Translations under genes and position numbers: made by a program
Source of the DNA: Candidatus Latescibacterota bacterium
GTDB lineage: Bacteria > Latescibacterota > UBA2968 > UBA8231
Direction: 5' to 3'
Length of the DNA: 64,000 bases
Assembly: GCA_965200315.1 (NCBI GenBank)
Contig: OZ241362.1
Location: 3,264,001 to 3,328,000 of the forward strand
Shown here: one piece after another, positions 19,910-28,836 of the stretch
Numbering within the stretch: the first letter of the stretch is position 1
Layout: the number at the start of each line of letters is the position of its first letter
The notes under the pieces: model-generated
What the model was told of the DNA's origin: nothing
The model's input: only the letters and a program-made list of their open reading frames with translations
The model's database searches: none

Positions 19910-20767
19910 CTATCCCGCCACCATCTCCCCTTGGCGCGAGCGCTCCTGCAAGTCGTAGAGCGAGGAAATGGCGTCTTTGTACAGTGGTATAGGAAAGGAG
20001 CGCTCCTCAAAGCGCGCTACGTGTGGGATCCGGCCGCGCACTAAGCGCGCATTGGCCTCGGTCTTGTAGGTCATTTCGCCGGTGTAGATCGGGAACGCAT
20101 CGGCGGCCCGGTAGCTGAGGATCAGGGTGCGGCGCGGCTTGTCGGAGACATTGGCGATGGAAGCGTGGGGGGTCATCGCATGCATGAAGATGACCGTGCC
20201 CGCTTCACCGGGGATCGGCACCGCGAGCGATTGCTCAACCTCTTCGGTAACTCGGCCTTGGAAAAACCCGTCGGTGCTGTGCGACAGCAGGTCGCTCTGA
20301 TGGCGGCGGGGGATGACTTGCAGACAGCCGTTTTCAACGGTCGCGTCGTCGAGATAAAAGAGGATACTCACCGAGCCGCGATGGGTCAGCGGGTAGTAGG
20401 AAAGGTCTTGGTGCCACTCGACGGGCGAGCCAACGCCGGCCGGTTTCATGTTGATCTTGCTGTAGTGGAAGACCAAGTCCGGGCCGAGCAGGGCCTCGAC
20501 CGCGTCGAGGAGACGCCCCGATGTGGAAAACTCCCGGAAGACCTCGTAGTAACTACAAGGCTCGTACAAGCGGCGGACCCGCGTACCGTCGGGAGGCTGG
20601 CTCGGCTCCATCTCCATCCGGGTGGCGTCGTGATTGGCGAGCGTATGGCCGGCGCTGACGGCGTCCATCTCGCGCAGGAAGGCTGCAATCTCCTCGGCAC
20701 TGAGGAAGCTAGGCACAGCGACGTAGCCTTCGGTGTGGTAGTGTTCGACTTGCGCGGTGGTCAACAT
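19910..20767 (-). CDS. PhyH family Fe(II)/2-oxoglutarate dioxygenase
   Basis: MLT..QV..Y..EGY, WHQD, LDDAT.ENGCL, TPHAS..N.S..PRR. Confidence 0.92.
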   Translation of the reverse strand: MLTTAQVEHYHTEGYVAVPSFLSAEEIAAFLREMDAVSAGHTLANHDATRMEMEPSQPPDGTRVRRLYEPCSYYEVFREFSTSGRLLDAVEALLGPDLVFHYSKINMKPAGVGSPVEWHQDLSYYPLTHRGSVSILFYLDDATVENGCLQVIPRRHQSDLLSHSTDGFFQGRVTEEVEQSLAVPIPGEAGTVIFMHAMTPHASIANVSDKPRRTLILSYRAADAFPIYTGEMTYKTEANARLVRGRIPHVARFEERSFPIPLYKDAISSLYDLQERSRQGEMVAG

Positions 20768-20780
20768 AGCTGGTTCCTCC

Positions 20781-21156
20781 TTACCATTTTTCGATAGCGC
20801 CCATCAGCATTTTCTGCTGGTCGGTCCCCGTTGCGCGGACTTTCTGTGCAAAGGGGCCGTCGAAGGGCTCGCGGGATTTCATCCAAGCGGTCTGGTAGCA
20901 CATCAGACAGACGCGGCGGCGCACCGCCGAACGGTTGGCCGCGCCGCGGTGATAGAGACAGCCATCGAACATCACCGCCTGGCCCGGCCGGGCAAAAACC
21001 CACTTCTCCTCCGGGAAGCGCGGATGACCTTCGGGCGGGCGAAAGGGGGCGCGGTGGCTGCCGGGGACGATGACACTTGCGGAAGAAAGCCATGTCCTCG
21101 GCGATTTTGGGCGTCAGCTTGGGATTGAGGTGCTGGGGGTAGGGCGGTTGCGTCAT
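20781..21156 (-). pseudogene. PhyH family pseudogene with internal deletion and frameshift
   Basis: N-terminus MTQPPYP...MAFFRK joins out of frame (~21075) to VIVPGSH...PGQAVMFDGCLYHRGAANRS; HxD-containing middle is absent. Confidence 0.8.
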
Positions 21157-21332
21157 GGTTTTGATCGTACTTTAGGGTGTGTGCGAAAAACTTGCCGCCG
21201 CTGAGGCGGGTTCTTATATAAACGTGGTTCGCATCATCCTGCAAGCGAGGAACAACCTCTTCTCAGCGAGATCGCATCCAAGCGATACAGGACGGGGGCC
21301 GTTATATCGCGCCCCTAAAAAAGGAGCAGTCC

Positions 21333-23090
21333 ATGAGCTATCTAAATCCCCGCGCCATCGCCATCGCCACGCCGATGCCGCCGCCTGCTTGGGCGCTGCT
21401 GGAGTGGGAACTGATTCGGGCGCAAACGAGGGGATGCACAGAATTTTTCGCCAAGTACTTCGACGAGCGGGGCTATTTGGAGTGCCTTCCGCGCTGGGGC
21501 GGCAACGACGGTCCGGACGACGCCATCGAGAACTTGGTCCACTGGCCGGTGCTCTACGTGCTGGGCGGTGGAGCGCATCTGTACGATATGTGCCAGTTGG
21601 CTTGGGAGGGGCATCTCAAGCAATACACCGAGGCTAAGACCACGGAAGTGCCCTTTACTCGGGACGGCATGTACTACCGCGAATTTCCGGTGATGTTCGA
21701 CTGGGTACACAACGGGGAAGGGCTGACGACGTTCAACCTGCACGGGTTGATGAATCCACGCGAGCGAGCCTTTGAGCAGCGGGTGCGGCGCTACGCTGGA
21801 TTTTACATGGGCCGCGATCCCCAAGCTCCCAACTACGACCCCGAACGCAAAATTATCAGGAGTCTGTTCAACGGCAGCCGCGGGCCGCTGCTGCGCAAGG
21901 CCACGGCGCTCGACTGGGCCGGCGACCCGCTCGACGAGGTGCAGGAGCGCTTTATTCCCCTGCACGGGGAGCGCAACTTCGAGGAGATGCTGGCTCATTT
22001 CAAAGACTACACCGACGTCGTCGGCGACCATCCGCAGAACATGGTGGCAACGGCCTTGGGCCTGAACGCGTACGCGCTGACGGGCGAAGACCAGTACAAA
22101 AACTGGGTGCTCGAATACGTCGAAGCCTGGCGGCAGCGCACGCTCGCCAACGACGGGATCATCCCGACTAATATCGGACTCGATGGGACCATTGGCGGCG
22201 AGTGCGACGGCAAGTGGTACGGGGGGTGTTACGGCTGGGCCTTTACGGTCGAGGTGCCCCAGACCGGGGTGCTGGCCAGCCGCAACACGCACGGGCTGGG
22301 GATTTCGGGCTTTGGCAACGCGCTGTTGCTGTCGGGCGAGCAAAAATTCGTCGATGTGTGGCGGCAGATGATCGACAAAATCAACGCCAACGGAAAAGAG
22401 ATCGACGAGCAGATGATGTACCCGCACATGTACGGAGACGAGGGCTGGTACGAGTTTCAGCCAAGCCGCTACGCCCAGGGAGCTCAGGAGGTGTACTACT
22501 GGTCGATGGACCGGGCCGATCTGAGTCGGCTAAACGCAGACAGCGGCTGGTTCGGCTTCTTGGAGGGACGCGACCCCACGTACCCGGAAGCGGCCCTACA
22601 GGCCGACTTTGCCCGCCTCCGCGAGCAGATGGAGAAGGTGCGCCGCGACCCAACGACGCCGGACACCCGGCTGTCGGACAATCCCAACCCATTCAATCCG
22701 GCCATTCCGGGCGGGCTAACCCAGCTCATGTTGGGCGGGCTGACGCCGCGGCACGGCTCGCCGCTGCACTGCCGAGTGCGCTACTTTGATCCGCAGGCTG
22801 GGCGGGCGGGGATGCCCGAGGGCGTGGGGGCGCTAGTGGAGCAGCTCGGCGCAGACTCCATGACGCTGAAGCTGGTGAACACAGACCCGGTGGCCGGGCG
22901 CGAAGTAATCGTGCAGGGCGGTGCCTACGCCGAGCACCAGTTTACGAGCCTCAGCGTGGGCGGTCAGGAGACCACGATAGACGCCTCAGCCTTTGCAGTG
23001 GAGCTAGCGCCGGGGGCCGGGGAGACCTTGGAGATTGGCATGAGCAGATATGCCAATAGGCCGACGTTTGCGTTCCCGTGGGATCGGTAG
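21333..23090 (+). CDS. Conserved uncharacterised protein, probable (alpha/alpha)-toroid enzyme
   Basis: 585 aa, AAGGAG RBS; shares DG.DDA.E, DW.H.GEG, APNYD, P.NIGL.G.IG...DGKWYGG.YGW with paralog at 43607-45502; fold is inference. Confidence 0.75.
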   Translation: MSYLNPRAIAIATPMPPPAWALLEWELIRAQTRGCTEFFAKYFDERGYLECLPRWGGNDGPDDAIENLVHWPVLYVLGGGAHLYDMCQLAWEGHLKQYTEAKTTEVPFTRDGMYYREFPVMFDWVHNGEGLTTFNLHGLMNPRERAFEQRVRRYAGFYMGRDPQAPNYDPERKIIRSLFNGSRGPLLRKATALDWAGDPLDEVQERFIPLHGERNFEEMLAHFKDYTDVVGDHPQNMVATALGLNAYALTGEDQYKNWVLEYVEAWRQRTLANDGIIPTNIGLDGTIGGECDGKWYGGCYGWAFTVEVPQTGVLASRNTHGLGISGFGNALLLSGEQKFVDVWRQMIDKINANGKEIDEQMMYPHMYGDEGWYEFQPSRYAQGAQEVYYWSMDRADLSRLNADSGWFGFLEGRDPTYPEAALQADFARLREQMEKVRRDPTTPDTRLSDNPNPFNPAIPGGLTQLMLGGLTPRHGSPLHCRVRYFDPQAGRAGMPEGVGALVEQLGADSMTLKLVNTDPVAGREVIVQGGAYAEHQFTSLSVGGQETTIDASAFAVELAPGAGETLEIGMSRYANRPTFAFPWDR

Positions 23091-23108
23091 TGTTGCTTCA
23101 GTAAGCGA

Positions 23109-24210
23109 CTACAACGGCTCGCTGGATGCTCTGCTGGCGTTGCCAGGATCAACGCGCTGGCGGATCTCGCCATCTTCGAGAAAGGCCACAAAGCGAGTCG
23201 CCTGTACGAAGACGGACGTGGCAAAACGCAATTCGACCAGTTGGCGGCGGCGGATTGGAGCGGAAAAAGCGAGCGCGAAACGGCCCTCAGTCGAGTCCAC
23301 AGAAACAGCAGCAGACTCACCATCAACCAGTGCTTCGATAAAGCGCAACGCGCTGGGGGCTTCGAGGGCGATGCGGTCAAAGCCGTGCGGGGCAGAGCGG
23401 GCTTGGAGAAAGTAGCTAAACTCGTGCTCAACCCCTGGTTCTACTTGGGAGGGGAAGACCTCGCCGAATAGCCCTTCGGCCAGCGGCGGCGAAAACTCCA
23501 AGGCAATATAGTCGAGCGCCGCAGCGACGAGCGGGTCATCCGATCTCAAACGTAAGTCTAGCTCTAAGTAGCGGCGCGGCGAGGGCGAGAGAAAGGCGGT
23601 GCCCGGAGCGCTGTAGGTATTGCTCCACGGGCTCCAGTCTGCACCCGGGGAGAAGCTGGTCTAGCTCAAAGACCACGCGATGGCTGTCGTTTTCCTTAAA
23701 GCGATGTTGGGTGCGGAACACCAGCACATCGTTGAACGAGGTGTTGCTCTCGTCAATTTGCGGCTCGCCCGTAGAAAGCAGCAGGTCAACAAGCGAAAAG
23801 GGCGGGGCGTCAGCGGCAAAGTGGAGGACGATGTGGGTGGCGAAGACACCGCGGCCGAGATCCAGATCTAGGAACCAAGTGTCGGGCGGGTCTTGTGGGT
23901 TGGGAGCCCAGCCGGTCGTCAAGTCGCCGTCGACGACCAAGGCAGCTTGGGACGCCTTGGAACCAGCCTCGTGGATGCCACCGCCGAAAAGGGCGATGTT
24001 GGCGACCGCATCTATGTTGCGGCGGATGGCCACCGGCTGCAAGCGGCCGTCGGGCGTGGCTTCGACGAGGCCGTGCGGGAGGGACCAAGCAGCCCAAGCG
24101 CGCACCGAGTCAAAACGAATCTCGTCGGTAAAGGCGGGTTGGAAAAGTAACAGGCCCAACAGACTAGCGAAGTGGGATGCGCGGAAAATTTTGAGCATTT
24201 CGCTTGGCAT
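23109..24210 (-). pseudogene. Broken subtype-A FlgD-family secreted protein
   Basis: N-terminal part (DGDLTTGW..., WFLDLDLGR) joins out of frame near 23650 to PGADWSPWS...SPSPRRYL..LRSDDP, then stops after QRVDPGNA without the FlgD domain; both pieces match intact paralogs. Confidence 0.82.
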
Positions 24211-24290
24211 AAATGCGCCGAACCCTACGCAGATTGGGCGGGGTTGTCAATGCGTCGTACTATCTATGAGGAAACGAACTAGGGAGCGAT

Positions 24291-26582
24291 GTGATGGACT
24301 TAGAGTCCCTATCAAAACCCGAGTGTTCGCCGCCTCGGAACGCGAGCATCTCGCAGCCATTCGTGCCTTATGTGCTGCTCTTTTTGTTCTTGTTCGCGGT
24401 TGCGGACAGCTATGCCGCCTCGCTCTCCGAAAAGGAAAGCCATCAAAAAATGGTGGCCCTCCTAGAGGAGATTCGCGCACAAAATCTCGACGACAACCCC
24501 TATCAGGGCGAAGGTCCGCTACGCCAGTTAGAAGACCAGTTGCAGGCCCTGCCCGATGCGGCCCCCGTCCAAGACCGAATTCGCCTCCATTTTCGCTTGG
24601 GGCTAGCCGAACTTTTCTTGGGGCGGGAACGCCGCGCCATAGACCATCTCGCCGCGGCCGAAAAGATGCTCGCGGCCCAACACTCGGCCCCTGCTCAGGT
24701 CGTCAATGAGGTACACTTTCGCTTGGGGCTGGCGTGGCTGCGCTTGGGAGAAACCCAAAACTGCGTCCTCAACCCCAACGCCGACCACTGCATCCTGCCC
24801 ATTCGCCCCGGCGGCGTCCATACCCTCCCCGAAGGGTCGCGCCAAGCCATCCCCCATTTCCAAGCCGTGCTCGATCACACCGCCGCAGAGGAGCGCCTAC
24901 GCCTAAGTGCCCGCTGGCTGCTCAACATCGCCTATATGACCTTGGGGCAGTACCCCGAGGAGGTGCCGCCCGCTCACCGGATCCCCCCTCAAGCCTTTGC
25001 GTCCCAAGCAGCGTTCCCGCGCTGGGTCAATGTGGCCCCTGCGCTCGGACTGGACACCTTCAGCCTCTCTGGCGGAGCTGTGGCCGACGACTTCGACGGC
25101 GACGGGTATCTCGATTTCTTCGTCTCGACATCGGACTTGGCCGGACAACTGCGCTTTTTCCGCAATGGGGGGGACGGCACCTTTGCAGACCGCACCGAGG
25201 CGGCCAACCTCAACGGGCTATTGGGTGGGCTCAACTTGGTGCAAGCTGACTACGACAACGATGGCCAACTCGACCTGCTCGTTCTGCGCGGAGCTTGGTT
25301 CGGCGAGCATGGTCAGCACCCCAATTCGCTGCTGCGGAATGCGGGCGATGGCATCTTCCTCGACGCGACCTTTGCCGCCGGCTTAGGGCAAGATCACTAC
25401 CCAACCCAAACCGCCGCCTGGGCCGACTACGACCTCGACGGCGACCTCGACCTCTACATCGGCAATGAAACGACCGACACCTTTGTAGCCCCCGGCCAGC
25501 TCTTTCAAAACCAAGGCGACGGCACCTTCGCCGATGTAGCCCCCGCCGCCGGCGTCGGCCAATACGCCCATGCCAAAGCCGTGGTCTGGGGCGACTACGA
25601 CGGGGACCGCTGGCCCGATTTATACGTGTCTAACCTCGGACAGCCCAACCGACTCTATCGCAACCAAGGCGACGGCACCTTCCGGGATGTGGCCCCCACT
25701 GCCGGCGTCGTAGCCCCTCGGGCTAGCTTCCCGGCCTGGTTTTGGGACTTTGACAACGACGGCCAACTCGATTTGTTCGTCTCTGCCTACGCAGGCACGG
25801 TCGCCGACATCGCGGCCGCGTATATGGGCCACTCGGCGTCTGTGGAAAAGGCACGGCTGTATCGCGGCGATGGTCAGGGCGGCTTTGCAGACGTTTCCCA
25901 AGGCTGCCACCTCGCGCAGCCGACCAAACCCATGGGGGCTAATTTTGGCGATGTGGACGGCGATGGATTTTTGGATTTCTACTTGGGCACCGGCGACACC
26001 GACTACGCTGAGTTGATGCCCAATGTGCTGTATTGGAACCAAGCGGGGCGGCGCTTTGCCGATGTGACCTTTGCCAGCGGGTTGGGGCACCTGCAAAAGG
26101 GGCATGGGGTCGTATTGGCCGATTTAGACCACGATGGCGATCTAGACTTGTTCGAGCAGATGGGCGGGGCCTATCGCGGCGACGGGTTCGCCGATGCGCT
26201 ATATGAGAACCCGGGGTTTGGGCACGGCTGGCTAGCGATTGAGTTAGTAGGCGTAGAGTCGAATCGGTCGGGAATCGGGGCGCGGCTACGGGTAGATGTG
26301 GTGGAGGAAGGCCAGCGGCGGTCGCTGTACCGGTGGGTCGGCAGCGGCGGCAGCTTTGGCGGCAATCCGCTGCGGCAGTACGTGGGGTTGGGTTCAGCGG
26401 AGCGGGTGGCGCAGCTAGTGGTTTTTTGGCCGCAAAGCGCCCGGGAGCAGGTGTTCGCTGAAGTGCCCGTGAACGCGATCATCCGGGTCACCGAGGGACG
26501 CGACCAACTAAAGGTTTTAGCGCTGCCCGCTTTTAGGTTTAATGTCGAACAGGGAGAACGGGCCGCGCACCATCTACATTAA
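24291..26582 (+). CDS. CRTAC1-like FG-GAP repeat protein with ASPIC/UnbV C-terminal domain and helical N-terminus
   Basis: Repeated D.D.DG.LD motifs, N.GDGTF.D, SNRSGIGAR...GGSFG...GLG; start uncertain. Confidence 0.88.
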   Translation: MMDLESLSKPECSPPRNASISQPFVPYVLLFLFLFAVADSYAASLSEKESHQKMVALLEEIRAQNLDDNPYQGEGPLRQLEDQLQALPDAAPVQDRIRLHFRLGLAELFLGRERRAIDHLAAAEKMLAAQHSAPAQVVNEVHFRLGLAWLRLGETQNCVLNPNADHCILPIRPGGVHTLPEGSRQAIPHFQAVLDHTAAEERLRLSARWLLNIAYMTLGQYPEEVPPAHRIPPQAFASQAAFPRWVNVAPALGLDTFSLSGGAVADDFDGDGYLDFFVSTSDLAGQLRFFRNGGDGTFADRTEAANLNGLLGGLNLVQADYDNDGQLDLLVLRGAWFGEHGQHPNSLLRNAGDGIFLDATFAAGLGQDHYPTQTAAWADYDLDGDLDLYIGNETTDTFVAPGQLFQNQGDGTFADVAPAAGVGQYAHAKAVVWGDYDGDRWPDLYVSNLGQPNRLYRNQGDGTFRDVAPTAGVVAPRASFPAWFWDFDNDGQLDLFVSAYAGTVADIAAAYMGHSASVEKARLYRGDGQGGFADVSQGCHLAQPTKPMGANFGDVDGDGFLDFYLGTGDTDYAELMPNVLYWNQAGRRFADVTFASGLGHLQKGHGVVLADLDHDGDLDLFEQMGGAYRGDGFADALYENPGFGHGWLAIELVGVESNRSGIGARLRVDVVEEGQRRSLYRWVGSGGSFGGNPLRQYVGLGSAERVAQLVVFWPQSAREQVFAEVPVNAIIRVTEGRDQLKVLALPAFRFNVEQGERAAHHLH

Positions 26583-26589
26583 ATCCTCT

Positions 26590-26620
26590 GGGATCGAGGG
26601 CGTCGCACCCTCGAAAAATA
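26590..26620. repeat. REP-like hairpin, copy 1
   Basis: GGGATCGAGGGCGTCGCACCCTCGAAAAATA; near-identical to 39682-39710. Confidence 0.6.
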
Positions 26621-26747
26621 CAGACTGCTAAGACCACTACCACGCAACAGCCGCGCCAACCAACTCGACGGGAATTTTCAGACCGCTCTAAGGGCCGAGG
26701 CGACTGATAGCCTCCGCGAGCACCAACGCCGCCCCGCTGCCTACTCA

Positions 26748-28730
26748 CTATGGAGAATCTGCAAGTCGGGCTAATGCCTCTTGAGCGGACTGGGTTAGGC
26801 GGGGATCGCCCCGCCACTGCGCGAGGAAATGCTTGTAAGCGCGGACGGCTTGGCGGGGTTGCGCCGCCTCTTGGTAGAGAACACCAAGTGCATAATGCGC
26901 TCTGGCGTAGGTAGAATCCGCACGCAGGGCAGCTTGGTACTGGCGCTCGGCCTCGGCGTGGGCCTTCTGTTGGGCATAGAGGTGGCCCAAGTTGTAATGG
27001 GCCTCGGCAAAGTCGGGCGCTACTTCAAGTGCCTGTTGGTAGGCTGTCGTCGCCTGTTGCAGATCGTTTTTTGCCAGGTAAACATTGCCCAGATTGTTGT
27101 AGGCTTGGGCGTGAGTAGGCTCTAGGGCCAACGTGCGCTCTAAGGCGGCCTCGGCCTCCTCGATACGGCCCTGTGCGTGGTAGAGATGACCGAGCGCAAA
27201 GTAGATTTTATAGAGGGCCGAGTCCGGGGGGCTGTGCGCTAGCGCCTCTTGGCACACCCGCAGTGCCCTAGCGAGGTTGCCACGCTGGGCGTAGAGGCCG
27301 CTTAGCTGGAGGCGCGCCGCCAAATGAGTGGGAGCCAACGAGAGCAGCAAGCGATACTGGGCTTCGGCCTTTTCCCACTGCCGGAGCGCGAGGTACGCAC
27401 GTGCCAAGCGCAAGCGGGCTGCGACGTTGGCCGGGGTAGCGTCGAGCGTCTGCTGTAACTGGTCTATGTGGCTGTGGAGGCGCACGAGGCGTTCAAAGCG
27501 GTTTTGCAGGTGCTCGGCCTCGGTCGCTTGGCCGAGCGCGAGGAGAACGTTAGCTAAGTGGTAGAGTGCTTCCGAGTGCAAGGGATTGATTGCGAGCACT
27601 TGGCGCAGCATCTGGGCCGCTTCCTCGGGGCGATTCAAATCTCTGTAGAGCAGACCCAACTGACGCCAAGATTCGCCGTGCTGCGAATCCATTGCCACAG
27701 CTTCTTTTAAGATGGTTTCGGCCTTTTGGTACTGGGTTTGGCGGATGTAGTGGGCCCCCAGTTCGCTGCGGGCTTCCATCAAGTCGGGGTCAGCTTCAAT
27801 GGCTTGCAGCAGTGCTCTTTCGGCTTTGTCGTACAAGCCTTGATTGGCGTATAGCCGCGACAAAAGCTGCAAGGCCGCCGTCTGGGTCGAGTCTAGTGAG
27901 ACGGCTTTTTCGGCTAAAGCCACTGCTTCGGGGATGCGCTGCTCGCTGGCGTAGATGGCCCCCAACTTGTAGTGGGCTTCGGCGTTGGCCCGGTCCAACT
28001 CTATGGCACTTTCGTATTCGCGCACCGCTTCGGCCAATTTTTCAACGCGGGTATAGACATCGCCCAAGCGGACGTGGAGGTCGGCACTGGGCGCGATGCG
28101 GAGGGCCTCGCCGTAGGCGGTTATTGCGGCTTCAACGCGAAAATTTTCGGCGTACAGATGGCCCAAGGCCGCGTGGACTTCCCGCGCAAATGGGTCGCGG
28201 TCAACAGCCCGCGACAGGACAGCCTCCGCTTGGTCGAATGCGCGCAGATCGCGCAGGGCGCGAGCGAGATTGATGTAGAACGCGATGTCCTCTGGGGCTT
28301 GGCGCACGGCTGCTTGATACGCGGCGACGGCTTCTTCCAAGGCTCCATCCTCGTAGTGGATATTGCCCAGATTATTACTCGCCGCAGCCAAGGTGGAGTC
28401 GAGTTCAATAGCTCTTTGAAAATGGGCCGCGGCTTCGTCCAAGGCTCCGCGCCGCTGGGCCAAAAGCCCCAAGCCATCGTAGGCGAGGGCGTAGTTTGGA
28501 TCGAGGTCGAGGGCTTTGGCGTAGTTTTGCTCGGCTTCGTCGTAGCGGCCGGCTTGCGTATAGGCTACGGCCAAGTTGTAGTACGCCGGGGGTGCAGTGG
28601 GGTTTTGGCGGGTGAGGCGGAGGTGCTTTTCTAGGTCGGAGCCGGGCGCGTCGCTAACTTGGGAACAGGCCGCCCCTAGCAATAGAACGGCGAACAGGGG
28701 AGCGGTCTTCTTCAGCTTGGAGGAGGGCAT
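26748..28730 (-). CDS. TPR-repeat protein, probable lipoprotein
   Basis: Many TPR units (A.YNL...Y...G....A...Y..AL.LDP); LLLGAAC lipobox-like signal; start uncertain (ORF extends to 28805). Confidence 0.88.
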   Translation of the reverse strand: MPSSKLKKTAPLFAVLLLGAACSQVSDAPGSDLEKHLRLTRQNPTAPPAYYNLAVAYTQAGRYDEAEQNYAKALDLDPNYALAYDGLGLLAQRRGALDEAAAHFQRAIELDSTLAAASNNLGNIHYEDGALEEAVAAYQAAVRQAPEDIAFYINLARALRDLRAFDQAEAVLSRAVDRDPFAREVHAALGHLYAENFRVEAAITAYGEALRIAPSADLHVRLGDVYTRVEKLAEAVREYESAIELDRANAEAHYKLGAIYASEQRIPEAVALAEKAVSLDSTQTAALQLLSRLYANQGLYDKAERALLQAIEADPDLMEARSELGAHYIRQTQYQKAETILKEAVAMDSQHGESWRQLGLLYRDLNRPEEAAQMLRQVLAINPLHSEALYHLANVLLALGQATEAEHLQNRFERLVRLHSHIDQLQQTLDATPANVAARLRLARAYLALRQWEKAEAQYRLLLSLAPTHLAARLQLSGLYAQRGNLARALRVCQEALAHSPPDSALYKIYFALGHLYHAQGRIEEAEAALERTLALEPTHAQAYNNLGNVYLAKNDLQQATTAYQQALEVAPDFAEAHYNLGHLYAQQKAHAEAERQYQAALRADSTYARAHYALGVLYQEAAQPRQAVRAYKHFLAQWRGDPRLTQSAQEALARLADSP

Positions 28731-28836
28731 GGCAAAACGGCCTTTCTCGGGGTTTTCCATAAGTCCCTGGATTATCCGCAGATATAATCGATAGAGTACG
28801 TTCAAGTTATTCAGATATGGCTATGGCAAGTCGGGG

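Noticed and set aside
26671-26691. Possible solo IS end (reverse strand TTAGAGCGGTCTGAAAATTCC)
   Set aside because: Single short match with no transposase or second end
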